NCBI GenBank assembly: GCA_965649825.1
Contig: OZ287696.1
Coordinates: 477,101-541,100 of the forward strand
DNA from: Penicillus capitatus
Lineage: Eukaryota; Plantae; Chlorophyta
Direction: 5' to 3'
DNA length: 64,000 bases
Shown here: in pieces, positions 48,982-60,555 of the stretch
How the letters are laid out: every line of letters starts with the position of its first letter
How positions within the stretch are numbered: position 1 is the first letter of the stretch
Notes under the pieces: generated by a model
Told to the model about the DNA's origin: nothing
The model's input: only the letters and a program-made list of their open reading frames with translations
Databases searched by the model: none
Made by a program: the position numbers and the translations under genes

Positions 48982-50437
48982 ATGAAACCGGTCGTTCTGC
49001 GTTTAGACAGTGGCGCTCTTATTGGTACACCGGCCGAGTTAGGCGTCGACTCAACAGAACCGATTGTACGACTCACTGCCGAAGAAGCGGCGAAGAAAGG
49101 ACGTCTTGACTACAGTCACGTCGTCTATGCGCGAAAACTGCTACGACAAGCGGCAGAGGAACTCGGCTATGACTTACGAAAATGTCCCGAGCTTGAAACG
49201 GACGAAGAAAACGAAGAAGAGGTCGACATGATCCATCTCTCTGCCCAGTAAAGAATGCTGCTGTTCTTTAGAGACGTTCCGAGGGAGTGGTGAATGCCAC
49301 GCCTCCGCCGAGAAAGCGAGAGAGAGGTTCGTTTTGATGTGACGTGTATGTGTGACTCAGCTTGGTGGCCTTAGATGATCTGGGACCGCGTTCACCTGGG
49401 GTCTCTTCTTCGTCTCGCCTGGAATTCTACGATAAATGCTTCAAGATCTTGGAAGATACGATTCAGGATCTGGGCAAGGATTCCTCGATATTCATGGCGC
49501 CTGTCGATCCGAGAGAGGTCCCAGATTATTTCTCGGTCGTAAAGGAGCCCATGGATCTGGGAACCATTCAGAAACGACTGGAACAGGGATTCTATGATGC
49601 ACCCAAAGATTTTGCAGACGTAAGTGCAGGGTTTGAACAAAGAGGCTGTAGATGTGCCTTAGGATGTGCGTCTGGTTTGGTCAAACTGCTTTCTCTATAA
49701 TAAGAAAGGAGAGTATATCGAGAAGATAGGCAGGAGAGGATCGACGTGTTTTGAGCATCATTGGGCATTGTCAGGCCTCGCAGAGGAGCCCAGACTCAAG
49801 AGACTGAATGCAGGCCGACCGGCACAGAAGTATGAACCGGAAGAGTTGAACATGGAAACGCCGACGAAGAATTCGAACAAAACAACAGGCCGTCAAACGA
49901 AGACCCGACCGAAACAGAGCAAAGGAGGGCGAAATGTGGCAGCTGCTAATCAGGCAGATGATACCTCCAGCAAAGTGGAGCACGGAACGTACGAAGATCG
50001 CAACATGTCACACGAAGAGATGCAGAATCTGGCTGCCTGTCTGAGCGAACTCAGCGGTTCGATGTTAGAAGGTCGAGTTGCTGAGAGTACCTACCGTCCG
50101 TCTTATGTTGAACCATTCCTGCGCTGTCAGATGTCATCAAGATCATGCAATCGAACGGCAAGTTTGATATGAACAAACAAGACGGTGCAGAGATCGAGTT
50201 GGATATGTCGGAGTTGAATAACAAGACGTTGTGGAAACTGGACGCATACCTGAAGGAGCACAAAGTCCAACCCCCGACCGAAGCAGGGGTGGTGGTGAAC
50301 AAAGTACGTCAGCTCTCCGTTGGCGTTGAGTAGGGGATTTCTATGGATATTTCTCGTAGGGATCGTCCTCATCCGAAAGCAGCAGCAGTTTCAGCTCATC
50401 GGATTCCGGTTCGGACGCCTCCTCTAAATCGGATTGA
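48982..50437 (+). CDS. GTE: Bromodomain + ET-domain transcription regulator (GTE/BET family)
   Basis: IFMAPVDPREVPDYFSVVKEPMDLGTIQKRL...DVRLVWSNCFLYN; ET domain MSHEEMQNL...EIELDMSELNNKTLWKL; Ser-rich SSSSD tail. Confidence 0.9.
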
Positions 50438-50647
50438 TGATTTCCCCTTTGCGATCTGTGTAACGTCCCGAGGAAGTTGTGGCTATTGCCAGCTGCAGAT
50501 GTATCAATCGACAGACTTGCCTACAGACTTTCCTCACACAACTATTGTCTGTTGGGTGACATGTAACGCGTTTTGAGCGATTCAACTACAGTCTTCCACA
50601 TCACTGAACTGACAAGGATCACTCCTGCACCGTCCTTGAACTGTGGC

Positions 50648-51237
50648 CTACCCAAAGATTCTGATATATCGTTCATGTGCCTCTGAATATCGTGCAGACG
50701 GTTGTCTGGTTGGTTTCACTCTCACCTCCATCTCTGTCACTTCTTTCAAGGTGTTTGTTTTGGGTACCGTCACATCAGGAAGAGTTGCGGGTGGTTTTTC
50801 TGGAAGCTGATCGAAGGAGATCTCTGTATCCGGTTGCACAGACTGACCACCGTAGATTGCTGACTGCCCTGGTGTCACACGATCGAAAATCTGACAGAAG
50901 GTTTTTGTCCTCTTGTCTAACTGCATTGCTTCAGCGCCCTGAGAGGACCTCGACCTATTGGTACCGCAGAAGGAGCCTTGTATACCTGTACCTCAGCAGG
51001 CGTGGGGTTTTCGTCTATTAGATTTTTGTTCTTTTTCTGAAGAGACTGGACATTTGGCAGTTCGTAATGTTTCAAGCTTTAGGGAAGCATGTCGAATGAG
51101 AGACGACACAGTGTCTTGTCGCGTTCCTTGTCGGTATTACCCATGCCAGTGCCGCCCGAATCCGCTCGAACGGTGCCAAAAATGCGTTCGAATGCTTTTC
51201 TGCGTTCCTGGTGCGTTGAATGTTGAATCCCGTTCAT
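50648..51237 (-). pseudogene. Probable 2-exon hypothetical gene with a premature TAA (51079-51081)
   Basis: MNGIQHSTHQERRKAFERIFG...DMLP*SLKHYELP...NPTPAE|GAEAMQLDKRTKTF...AHERYIRIFG*. The duplicate copy has GAA at the stop position (54072-54074). Confidence 0.4.
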
Positions 51238-52214
51238 GGTTTTGATCGGTAAGTGCGCGTCTCGAAAAGAGCAATGATTTTTTCATGCGCAAATCACATG
51301 TCACACAGTGCCGTTATCTTTAGGGACGGGGTCAAAAAGAAACGCAAAGATGTCGAGCACTCACTTTTCTCTCTGTCGATAGCGAAAGAGTGTGAGAAGG
51401 CGTGGAGCGGCGGCAGACTTTTACAATCGAACGTGTGGATTTTTGAGCAGATGTGGCGGGTCTGTTCTGGAAATATGGCTAGCTGGTGCTCGACGCGCCC
51501 GAAACAAAATGATGTTCGGCGATATCGACTTTGAGGTGGTGGCTGTCCAGGGAGCAGGACTTCGAAGAGGAGAATAGCGCATGCTGACGTTCGTTCGTTA
51601 TTCTCCAGTCATTCTCAGCTCCGCTTCATCGGGTCTTGTATCTCCTCGTAAGCCATCTCTAACGTTGGACGCAGCAATCCGTAGGCCGTATGTCCGTAAC
51701 CGGCGCGAGTTTTTAAAGTCTCAATGCTAACGCCAGACAGGACTATCCTGTTATTTAAAAGAAAGAGCTGATATAACTGCGTTTGTGCATGTTTCTGTTT
51801 GCATCGTACCCTGCAGAGATCTGCAAAGTCTTCGCGACTAGTTCAAGTGTATCGCTCTCTGCGACAGTGAAAATGTGACAAGACTGAGCTTCTTCACGTT
51901 CCAGATGCTTTCTCATCTAGAAAGTCACACGAGAACCTCAGATACGATTCACGACCAGATCCTCAACTGAAACGTTGAAACTGATGACGAGAACAACAAG
52001 AGTAAAGATCAACCTTCCAGATTCACAAAGACAATGTATGCAACGTACGACTCGCTGCGCTTAAGAAGGATTCTTTCCCAGAACTTAAGACAGCGGGAAG
52101 AAAAAGAATCCGTCCGTTCTTATTCTTTTACGAATCTAAGAGATCCATAAGAAACAACAAGATCAACTAGTCTGGAACAAAAGGCACAAAGTACATTACG
52201 ACAAAACTTCTCAG
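50859..52214. repeat. Direct repeat copy 1 (about 1.35 kb), paired with 53852-55202
   Basis: Collinear from GCTGACTGCCCTGGTGTCACACGATCG to AAAACTTCTCAG, with scattered substitutions and small indels. Confidence 0.97.
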
Positions 52215-53400
52215 CCGGGCTGTCTCAGAGCATCGAGCTCCGCTTCCACAGTCGTTTTGTTCGGCACCAATGTATAGATCTGCGTCTTCAGTATCACCGA
52301 GGCAAATTCGAGAATCGCACATTCTTCGGTGAGCAATTCGAGGGCGAAGTAGGTATCTGTCGGAACATTTGGGGAATCCATCGATATCCGGCGCCGCATT
52401 CGACGACGGAAATTTCATTTTGTCGGTTAGTTTCATGTTACAGTGGTTCACAGTAAGCATCATGCGCCTTGGCGTGCACAAAAAGGGCACTGGCGCCATA
52501 CACCGTATCCCGACAGAACACAGAAATGCCGAAGACTGTGAAGGAACGTGAACGAGATATGCGACCGAGAGCTGGCGTAACACGTCCTTACGTTCCGCCG
52601 CCGATTCGGACGTTCATTGCAGGAACAAGATGAAGGCTCCACGAGCGATAACTTAATCTTCGATATGGAATTGTCCGTGACTCGCGGGAAGAGTTCGCCG
52701 TTATCGACGATAGCCGCCTGCAAGGATGTGGGCAGCGATCCGATTTAATTGCAGCTATCCATGAAGTTATGGAAAACAACAATCGTCTTACGGAGTTCGA
52801 AAAACAAGTACCGTCGCCCTCTCTTTTTAAAAAGAGTGAGATCTCAAACACAATGGGCGCATCTAGGTCATGCAAGCATATGCATTAGCACGAGCTTCAT
52901 GCGAAGTCGGCTGCGTTTTGGATTTGCGTGTGCTGGCACAGACATTGGAACGTCTCGATTTTGCCGTCAAACTGGTTGACGAGCGGAAAGAGATGCTGCA
53001 CGTCTCTGGCTGTTGCCGAGTGCGCCATCGACCTTCGATGAGCTATCCGTCTCGACTTGATAGAAGCCCATCGAGGACGACGAGAATGCGCGAAATCCTG
53101 GCAGTGAGCCATTGCTCGATAACTGAGAGCCACAGGACTGAGATCCGATAGCAGACCTCGATGAGAAACGCACTTGTATAAAGGCCCAATCGACGGAGAC
53201 AATACCGACAGCACCGCCGACGGCCAACCGACTGACGTGTCTGTGTGATCCTCCCGGAGGCCGCGGGCGTCGTTTTCCGCCTCCTTTCGCTTCTTGTTGA
53301 GAACAGACAACAGGCAGCCACACCCGTCACGGATCGCTTCGTCAAGAAGCTGCCGAAACAGCTCTCTGTAACGGATCACAAAGCATGACACGAACACCAT
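52167..53400 (-). CDS. Hypothetical multi-exon gene; structure unresolved
   Basis: Several protein-like minus-strand segments (RELFRQLLDEAIRDG, AAIVDNGELFPRVTDN, YCEPL|YLLRPRIAHRRMC) with plausible GT-AG sites. No confident full model. Confidence 0.3.
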
Positions 53401-53460
53401 GTATCAGCACCACTTTGGCAGACCCTAAGACGATCGATAAGATGACGCGTTGTGCATTCG

Positions 53461-53860
53461 ATGATTTCCTTCCACGACGTTCTGCTTCGTCAAACAGATG
53501 TGGATCTGTTGAAGGGGCCATATTGGCTCAATGATTAACTCGTGGCTTTCTATTTTGAATACCTCACACATGAAGTCGTGTCAAATGCATCTCTTTGTTT
53601 TCTCCCAGACGCCGCCGCCTTTCTGCTGAAGAATGGGACTGTGGAAGACGTGGACGTCTGTTTCGTCAGACCGTTAAAGCTCAAGAAGTGTGATGTGATT
53701 TTTATGGCCGTGAATGATAATCCAAATGTGACCCAAGCCGAAGGCGGAACGCACTGGAGTTGCCCATCTGGGTGCGGCAGGAATGTAGGTTTGTTCACTT
53801 GGATTCGTATGGCGGCGTAAACAACGAGCCGGCAAGAGATACAGCAAAGAAGCTGACTGC
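53461..53860 (+). pseudogene. SENP8: Disrupted NEDD8-specific protease (SENP8/NEDP1, peptidase C48)
   Basis: MISFHDVLLRQTDVDLLKGPYWLND*LVAFYFEYL...AVNDNPNVTQAEGGTHWS, then a 1-nt frameshift near 53760, then ...RFVHLDSYGGVN...AKKL. It runs into repeat copy 2 and no Cys box is found. Confidence 0.85.
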
Positions 53861-55202
53861 CCTGGTGTCACACGATCGAAAATCTGACAGAAGGTTTGTG
53901 TCCTCTTGTCTAACTGCATTGCTTCAGCGCCCTGAGAGGACCTCGACCTATTGGTACCGCAGAAGGAGCCTTGTATACCTGTACCTCAGCAGGCGTGGGC
54001 TTTTCGTCTATTAGATTTTTGTTCTTTTTCTGAAGAGACTGGGCATTTGGCAGTTCGTAATGTTTCAAGCTTTCGGGAAGCATGTCGAATGAGAGACGAC
54101 ACAGTGTCCTGTCGCGTTCCTTGTCGGTATTACCCATGCCAGTGCCGCCCGAATCCGCTCGAACGGTGCCAAAAATGCGTTCGAATGCTTTTCTGCGTTC
54201 CTGGTGCGTTGAATGCGCGTTGATTGTTTTGATCGGTAAGTGCGCGTCTCGAAAAGAGCAATGATTTTTTCATGCGCAAATCACATGTCACACAGTGCCG
54301 TTATCTTTAGGGACGGGGTCAAAAAGAAACGCAAAGATGTCGAGCACTCACTTCTCTCTCTGTCGATAGCGAAAGAGTGTGAGAAGGCATGGAGCGGCGG
54401 CAGACTTTACAATCGAACGTGTGGATTTTTGAGCAGATGTGGCGGGTCTGTTCTGGAAATATGTTTAGCTGGTGCTCGACGCGCCCGAAACATAATGATG
54501 TTCGGCGATATCGACTTTGAGGTGGTGGCTGTTCAGGGAGCAGGACTTCGAAGAAGAGAATAGCGCATGCTGACGTTCGTACGTTATTCTCAAGTCATTC
54601 TCAGCTCTGCTTCATCGGGTCTTGTATCTCCTCGTAAGCCATTTCTAACGTTAGACGCAGCAATCCGTAGGCCGTATGTCCGTAACCGGCGCGAGTTTTT
54701 AGAGTCTCAACGCTAACGCCAGACAGGACTATCCTGTTATTTAAAAGAAAGAGCTGATATAACTGAGTTTGTGCATGTTTCTGTTTGCATCGTACCCTAC
54801 AGAGATCTGCAAAGTCTTCGCAAATAGTTCAAGTGTATCGCTCTCTGCGACAGTGAAAATGCGACAAGACTGAGCTTCTTCACGTTCCAGATGCTTTCTC
54901 ATCTAGAAAAGTCACACGAGAACCTCAGATACGATTCATGACCAGATCCTCGACTGAAACGTTGAAACTGTTAGCGAGAACAACAAGAGTAAAGATCAAC
55001 CTTCCAGATTCACAAAGACAACGTATGCAACGTACGACTCGCTGCGCTTAAGAAGGATTCTTTCTCAGAACTTAAAACAGCGGGAAGAAAAAGTGTCTGT
55101 CCGTTCTTATTCTTTTACGAATCTAGGAGATCCATAAGAAACAACAAGATCAACAAGTCTGGAACAAAAGGCACAAAGTACATTACGAAAAAAACTTCTC
55201 AG
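53852..55202. repeat. Direct repeat copy 2 (about 1.35 kb)
   Basis: Same sequence as 50859-52214. Confidence 0.97.
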
Positions 55203-55499
55203 ACGACGCCAGAGATGATACTCACGACAACAATCTGCGACAAATACAAAGTGGTGTTCGCACTACAAGAAATGCACTAAGATATGAACAACGGCCATTA
55301 TCACCGCAAGGCTAATCGAAAGAACCTTCCTTGAGACGCCATCTGACAAATGCTAACGAAAATCCACAGTCCACCGAAGCCATAGTTATTATGCACTTGA
55401 CCCCTCCGCAATTGCATTGCTTGAGTTGACAGTTCATCTGCAAAAAAAGTTTGTTTACGCATACATTAAGGCGGCCAACTACTTAAGAAAAAACGTTGC

Positions 55500-57548
55500 T
55501 CAGCACCAGAAGCCCAATTCACCTCCATTGCATGAGAGGGAGACCGCGAGTGTGTTCTTAACAGCCTGTTTTGGGAACTTTCTTGCAAACAGAGGACACT
55601 TCTGATCCATAGGATGGAATCCACTTTTCACAACCTGCAAGCACAATGCCGATCTCAAGCACGACCAGAAGTGAAAGGCCCGGTTACCCAGTCATCGACA
55701 CCCCGTGGGGTAGACGGTTTCAGATCGGCATTGTTATACGTCACGCAATGATCTCTTTCGGATTCGTCGACGAAGAAGGCGTTCGTCGCTGCCTGTGCCT
55801 CGGAGTACTTGCACGTCCAGGCGTCTCCTTTTAACCTGAAAGAAGCGCTCCACTCCGCGGAAACCGTCACGAGGTTTACCGTTTGAAAAGGTCATTGTGG
55901 ATGCCTTCCACATCAACATCACTCGTCGGGTATTCGTTGTCACCTCCTTCCCAATAAGCCGTCGTCAAACTGCCAAAGCAATCCGTCTGAAACGCGACAC
56001 CTTACGCGTGGTTGGCATGCATCACAGTTTACTTCATCGTCTTGTCCGTGGGTGGCGAGAACAGATGGTATGTAGTGCACTGTCGGATCACAAAGACGTT
56101 CGTGCGGGTTACAGTATAGATCAAAGCCTCCGAAGAGTCGGGTGTCACGGACGATCAGTTCAGCGTGAGACCTCATCAACGAGAACCACGGATTGGATGT
56201 GCGCCAATGGGTATCGTTGAAGAACTCCGTAGCCATGCGGCTGTCGTAACTACAATGGGACCGGCCGTCAAAAGGAATGTCTGGAAAGAGGTGTGTACCT
56301 TTCGATATCTCGCAATGGATCATCGCTTTGGCAAGCATTCAGCCGACTTTTGGTGTCTGATAAGAGAGACAGATAGATCATCTCTGGTCTGTACAGTGGC
56401 ACGCAGTACTCGGAGACTAAAACGAATCGCCTAGAAACGACAGCCGTAGTCTCTTCAGATGTCTGTTGCTATCGTACTGGTTTCGCGCATCTTGAAGAGC
56501 ATTCCAAAGCAGCTCAATCTCCGCCCGAACGAAAGAGGATGCTGCCACTTTATCAAACAGACTAACTCTGTTCGGCATTTCGGTGTCGAAAAAGATGCTC
56601 GTCGTTGGGAAGTCGAACTCTTGTGTGGGATACGTGTACACCTGGAAGAGTTTCTGAGATGCAATAACATCCACCCCATCCAGTGTTTCTGCAACGCACG
56701 GTGCATGAAGGTGTGAGACGAGATTGAGCTGACCGTTAAGCAGCCTCTTAATTTCGTCGTCGATGTGTTCGAACTCGGTATTGCATTGAGCAGTTCGCCA
56801 AATGGACTGTGAAGTGGAATTCGCTACCTGTATCCGTTTCTTGCCATCCGATCACATGACGATGTCTCACCTCATTGTCTGATACGCTGTCCTCTGCCTG
56901 TGCATCATATGTGAAACTTCCGTCGAGGCGATCTGACAGATCGAAACGAAATTGAAGGCGACCTTGAAGACAGAGGAAGTTATAGGGATGCTGAGAATAC
57001 CTCTGTACCTGCAGCTTCAAAGAATGCCTTCCAAATAGGTTCGTTGTGGATTTCTCCCATCGTTATATACAGCAATGCCACCCTGGGTGATTTGTCTTCT
57101 TCGGGCAGAACCAGAACTTCGTAGTCCACAAAGTCATTCTTAGTATCGAGCTCTCTTGTCTCGGCTGTGCCAATGACGTTTCTTTGGACCTCTAGAGAGA
57201 TCCTTGTCTGTAGCAGGCGACGTGCTCATCCACAAATCCCCAAAAACAAACAACTCATACGTTTTCGCCCATTGTCTCCCCATCCATCTGCATTCTTTTA
57301 GTCATCAGTGTCTGGCGATAAAATACTGGCTTGGTTAGCATCTTTTTGGCAGATTCGCGCGATTGCTGCAAAGACACAAGAGTTCAGATGGTGTCAACAT
57401 GCATCGCTTTGTCTAGTTCAGGAATTCTGAAAAAGTTCTGTTTGAAAATTACTTGATAAAGGACAATGATGGACAGAAAGATACAGAAAAGGAAAAGGAG
57501 AATCCTTTGGTTTTCCATGGAAATTCGCCAATGTGCAGCCGGCTTCAT
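55500..57548 (-). CDS. Core-2/I-branching (GT14-like, DUF266/Branch) glycosyltransferase, paralog 1, with altered catalytic motifs
   Basis: Type-II TM; PRVALLYITMGEIHNEPIWKAFF, LFQVYTYP, AEIELLWNALQD, RFVLVSEYCVPLY, WRTSNPW, CDPTVHYIPSVL, CPLFARKFP. Confidence 0.85.
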
Positions 57549-57982
57549 GTTTTCGAAGCAGAACGGAGAGCTCACAGTTTAAACTATGGTTAGTAGAATC
57601 GCCTTGAACTGTCCATCAGTGCCTCGAAACGGTTATGGGCAAGATTAACGAGAGGCATTTCCTGCTTCAAAGTGCATCGGGATCGTGTTCTCTCTTACAA
57701 AAGTGGCCGAAGGTTCTTGCGCTGCCAGAATGCTCTGAAATCAAAGTCCAGGTCGGCAGAGTTCAGCGGTATATCTTAGAGCGCGTCAACTCCGATCTAT
57801 GCGGCATTTCAAGGCAGGATGCGATGACTCTTTGTTGAGTGATCGACAGAAGGGGCAGAGGCAGAGATTGGAAGGGCTTGACAGAGTAGACAGGTGGAAC
57901 TGCATCACAGTAGACAGAAGAAGAATAAAGAACAACAAGGAGATTCGTTGAATCGATGGATCTCATGTTTTCGCGGGCTATG

Positions 57983-60150
57983 TTAGCACCAATATCCTAA
58001 TCCGACCCCATCGCACGAAAGCGCTGCATCCAGTGTACGCACAACAGATTCCTTCGGGAATTTTCTGGCAAATAGTCCGCATTGCGAACCCAACGCTCGA
58101 AAACCACTCTCTGTGATCTGCCTCATCACAAAACATCAAAAAAAAAAACGAAAAGCATGACGATCGAGTACCCAGTTATTAGCTTTCTCTGGAAGAGTGA
58201 ATACCAGATCCGTCGTTTTATACACGACACAATGATTCTGATGCATTCTGTCAGCCAGTAGAAATTGTGACGATGCTTGTGCGAGTGCACCCGGACAGGA
58301 AGATGCATCGCCTCTCAATCTGATACCAAAGCCCATATCTGATCCGAAGATGTACGATGTGGTGGCTTTACTGTTGTAAGAGGTGGATATGGACTTCTCC
58401 AGGAGAGAACGATCTTGGATGTGGACCACCCGTCCACCAACTCTCCGTCAGCTTTCCCGTGCAATCCGTCTAAAGTGTGTCTTTCAAGGAGAAGGTTTTG
58501 TGGAATGGCACTTACCTCACTGTCCCGGCCGTGGAGAGCGAGAACTGAGGGAATGTAGCTCTCATCTGCAGCGCAAAAATGCATGTCTCTTGTATGGCAA
58601 TGCGCGTCAAAACGCTCGTAAAGATGAACGTCGTCCACCAGGAGCTCCGCATGAGGTCGCGTCAAGCTAAGCCATTGACCGCTCTTACGCCAAGAAGTCT
58701 CATTGAAGAAGTTCGTCGCCAGTTGTTCATCATATCTATCAGAGCATTCGTCGGTTGGCGTTCCAGCCAGCGTTCATGCCGACCTGTACATGAAACGGTT
58801 CAGCGATTGCGTCTTGCATGCGTCGATGCGGCTCTTGTTTTCCGACAGGAGATTCAAGTAGATGACCTCTGGCCTGTACAGAGGCACACACGACTCGGAA
58901 AGCAACGCGAATTTCCTATAAAAACACAAAGGAGGTTTGGATGAGGTCGCGTCGTTGTTCATACTTATTGCGCGCGTCTTTCAGAGCCGCCCGAAACAGA
59001 TTCAGTTCGGCTTGCACGACAATGGGCATGCCCCATGCATTGGTCAGGTTCACGCGTTCGGCGATCTCCGTTCCGTGAAAGACGCTCGTGTCTGGATACT
59101 GGTATCCGACTGTCGGATGCGTATAGACTGTGAAGAGTCTCTGACTCGATACAACGTTCGGCACATCTCTCGAAGCTGTTTCTCCGAAACGCGAAAATGT
59201 AGATGCCAGCCATCCACGTGCAGCGCACTTTCGAGCAATCTTTCTGTCTCATTGTCGATGTGCATCGACTCCTTGTCGCAGTTAACAGATCGACGCGGAG
59301 CCTTTTCTTCCTGCAAAGCACGCCGTCCTAACTGCCGAAAGAGCTTTGATGCGAGGAGAGAAGGGAAACAACAGGATGACACCTCGTTCTTGATCATGTC
59401 AAACTTTTTTCGTCCCTCTCCCCATGTGAAGTGCAGTTCTGGACTGTCTGGAAATTCGAAGCGAAATTGAAGACGTCCTTGGGAAAGAAACCGTACGTTT
59501 AGTGATCGCACTCCGGACGTCGCACCTGCGGCCTCAAAGAATGCTCGCCATACGGGCTCATTGTGGATTTCGCCGACGACGGGAAACAGCAAAGCCACTT
59601 TCGGGTGCTCGTCCTTTTCGATCGGAGCGATGCTATCCGAATCCTTCGACTTCGAGAACCGCAATTTAGGATGTCCGACGTGGAATGCGTGAGAGACATC
59701 TGGGCTGTCGACAGCGGTACTGTCCCTTGCGTATGGTACGTGATCATCCTATGTCGATACGTACAAAGCCAGACATGCTTTCGCACGAGGTCCTCGATGT
59801 GTGAGGGGGAGGCCTCACATTCGCGCTGGATGCGTTCGTACAACAGTCTGCTGTAAGCGTCGCGTTTCGATGCAGCGAAGTGAAGACGCCGACAACGGCC
59901 GTTTTCGAGAACGCGTATGAACCCTAGAACCATAACGACAGTCCATCGCGACCCCTCCACTCCATCCGTTTGGTTTGAGACCAGACAGCAACCAGGTACG
60001 TATGTTTTGACCTCACCTCGTGGCGGTAGATGACGAGCAACGGTATGCAGAGAATGCAAAGGAGGATGACCACCTTGCGCTTAGGAATCCGTCTTCCAAC
60101 CTCTGCTTCTGTCTTCGCTACTCCACTGCACGCCCAAATTTCTGCCACGC
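57983..60150 (-). CDS. Core-2/I-branching (GT14-like, DUF266/Branch) glycosyltransferase, paralog 2, canonical motifs (start codon not located)
   Basis: Type-II TM; PKVALLFPVVGEIHNEPVWRAFF, LFTVYTHP, AELNLFRAALKD, FALLSESCVPLY, WRKSGQW, CAADESYIPSVL, CGLFARKFP. Confidence 0.9.
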
Positions 60151-60555
60151 CACGCTTCGCATTGGATGCGTGTTACTTTAAGTCTGAGCTGCGCTGTGTA
60201 GTCAGGCCGAGCGTTTGTCGACGTATTTGACTCCTCGGCGAAGCATTTGAGAAAACGCCACGCATACTTACCGTATTCAACACTGCTGACAGACAGTGAC
60301 GTTTCGACTCCTATACATTGCCATGTGTTTTTACACAGTCAGATTGAGCAACGTCTTCGTTCTCTGATCAAATCCCAAGCGGACCTTTACGTCCCTCGAG
60401 ACATTCAACCTTCCCCTGCGCCGACAGAAATACCGATCGTTTGAGAGGGAAGCGTAAAGAAGGCCTTGTTGAATATATGGTCGTTTGACAAAGACGACCA
60501 CAATTGCCAGCCACTCCTGCTTGGCTCGTTCGGGTCACGTCACCACCCATCCACC

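Noticed and set aside
53536-53538. TAA at a position where SENP8 often has Gln, suggesting the ulvophyte TAR=Gln genetic code
   Set aside because: Conserved genes end in TAA or TAG at their expected C-termini (SRPRA, FAS2, SEC, CapA), Gln uses CAA/CAG throughout, and the same gene also has a frameshift.
53970-54000. PVPQQ on the plus strand as the SENP8 PQQxNGxDCG Cys box
   Set aside because: No N-G-x-D-C-G follows in any frame or plausible splice, and the segment is better explained as antisense to the small duplicated gene.
50859-55202. Repeat pair read as LTRs of a non-autonomous retroelement carrying captured genes
   Set aside because: TGA...TCA ends can be drawn, but there is no target-site duplication, no primer-binding site and no gag/pol. 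The repeat also contains host-gene-like exons.
57635-57966. Small ORFs between the two Branch genes
   Set aside because: They lie directly after the paralog-2 stop, probably in its 3' UTR, and show no homology to the GT exons.
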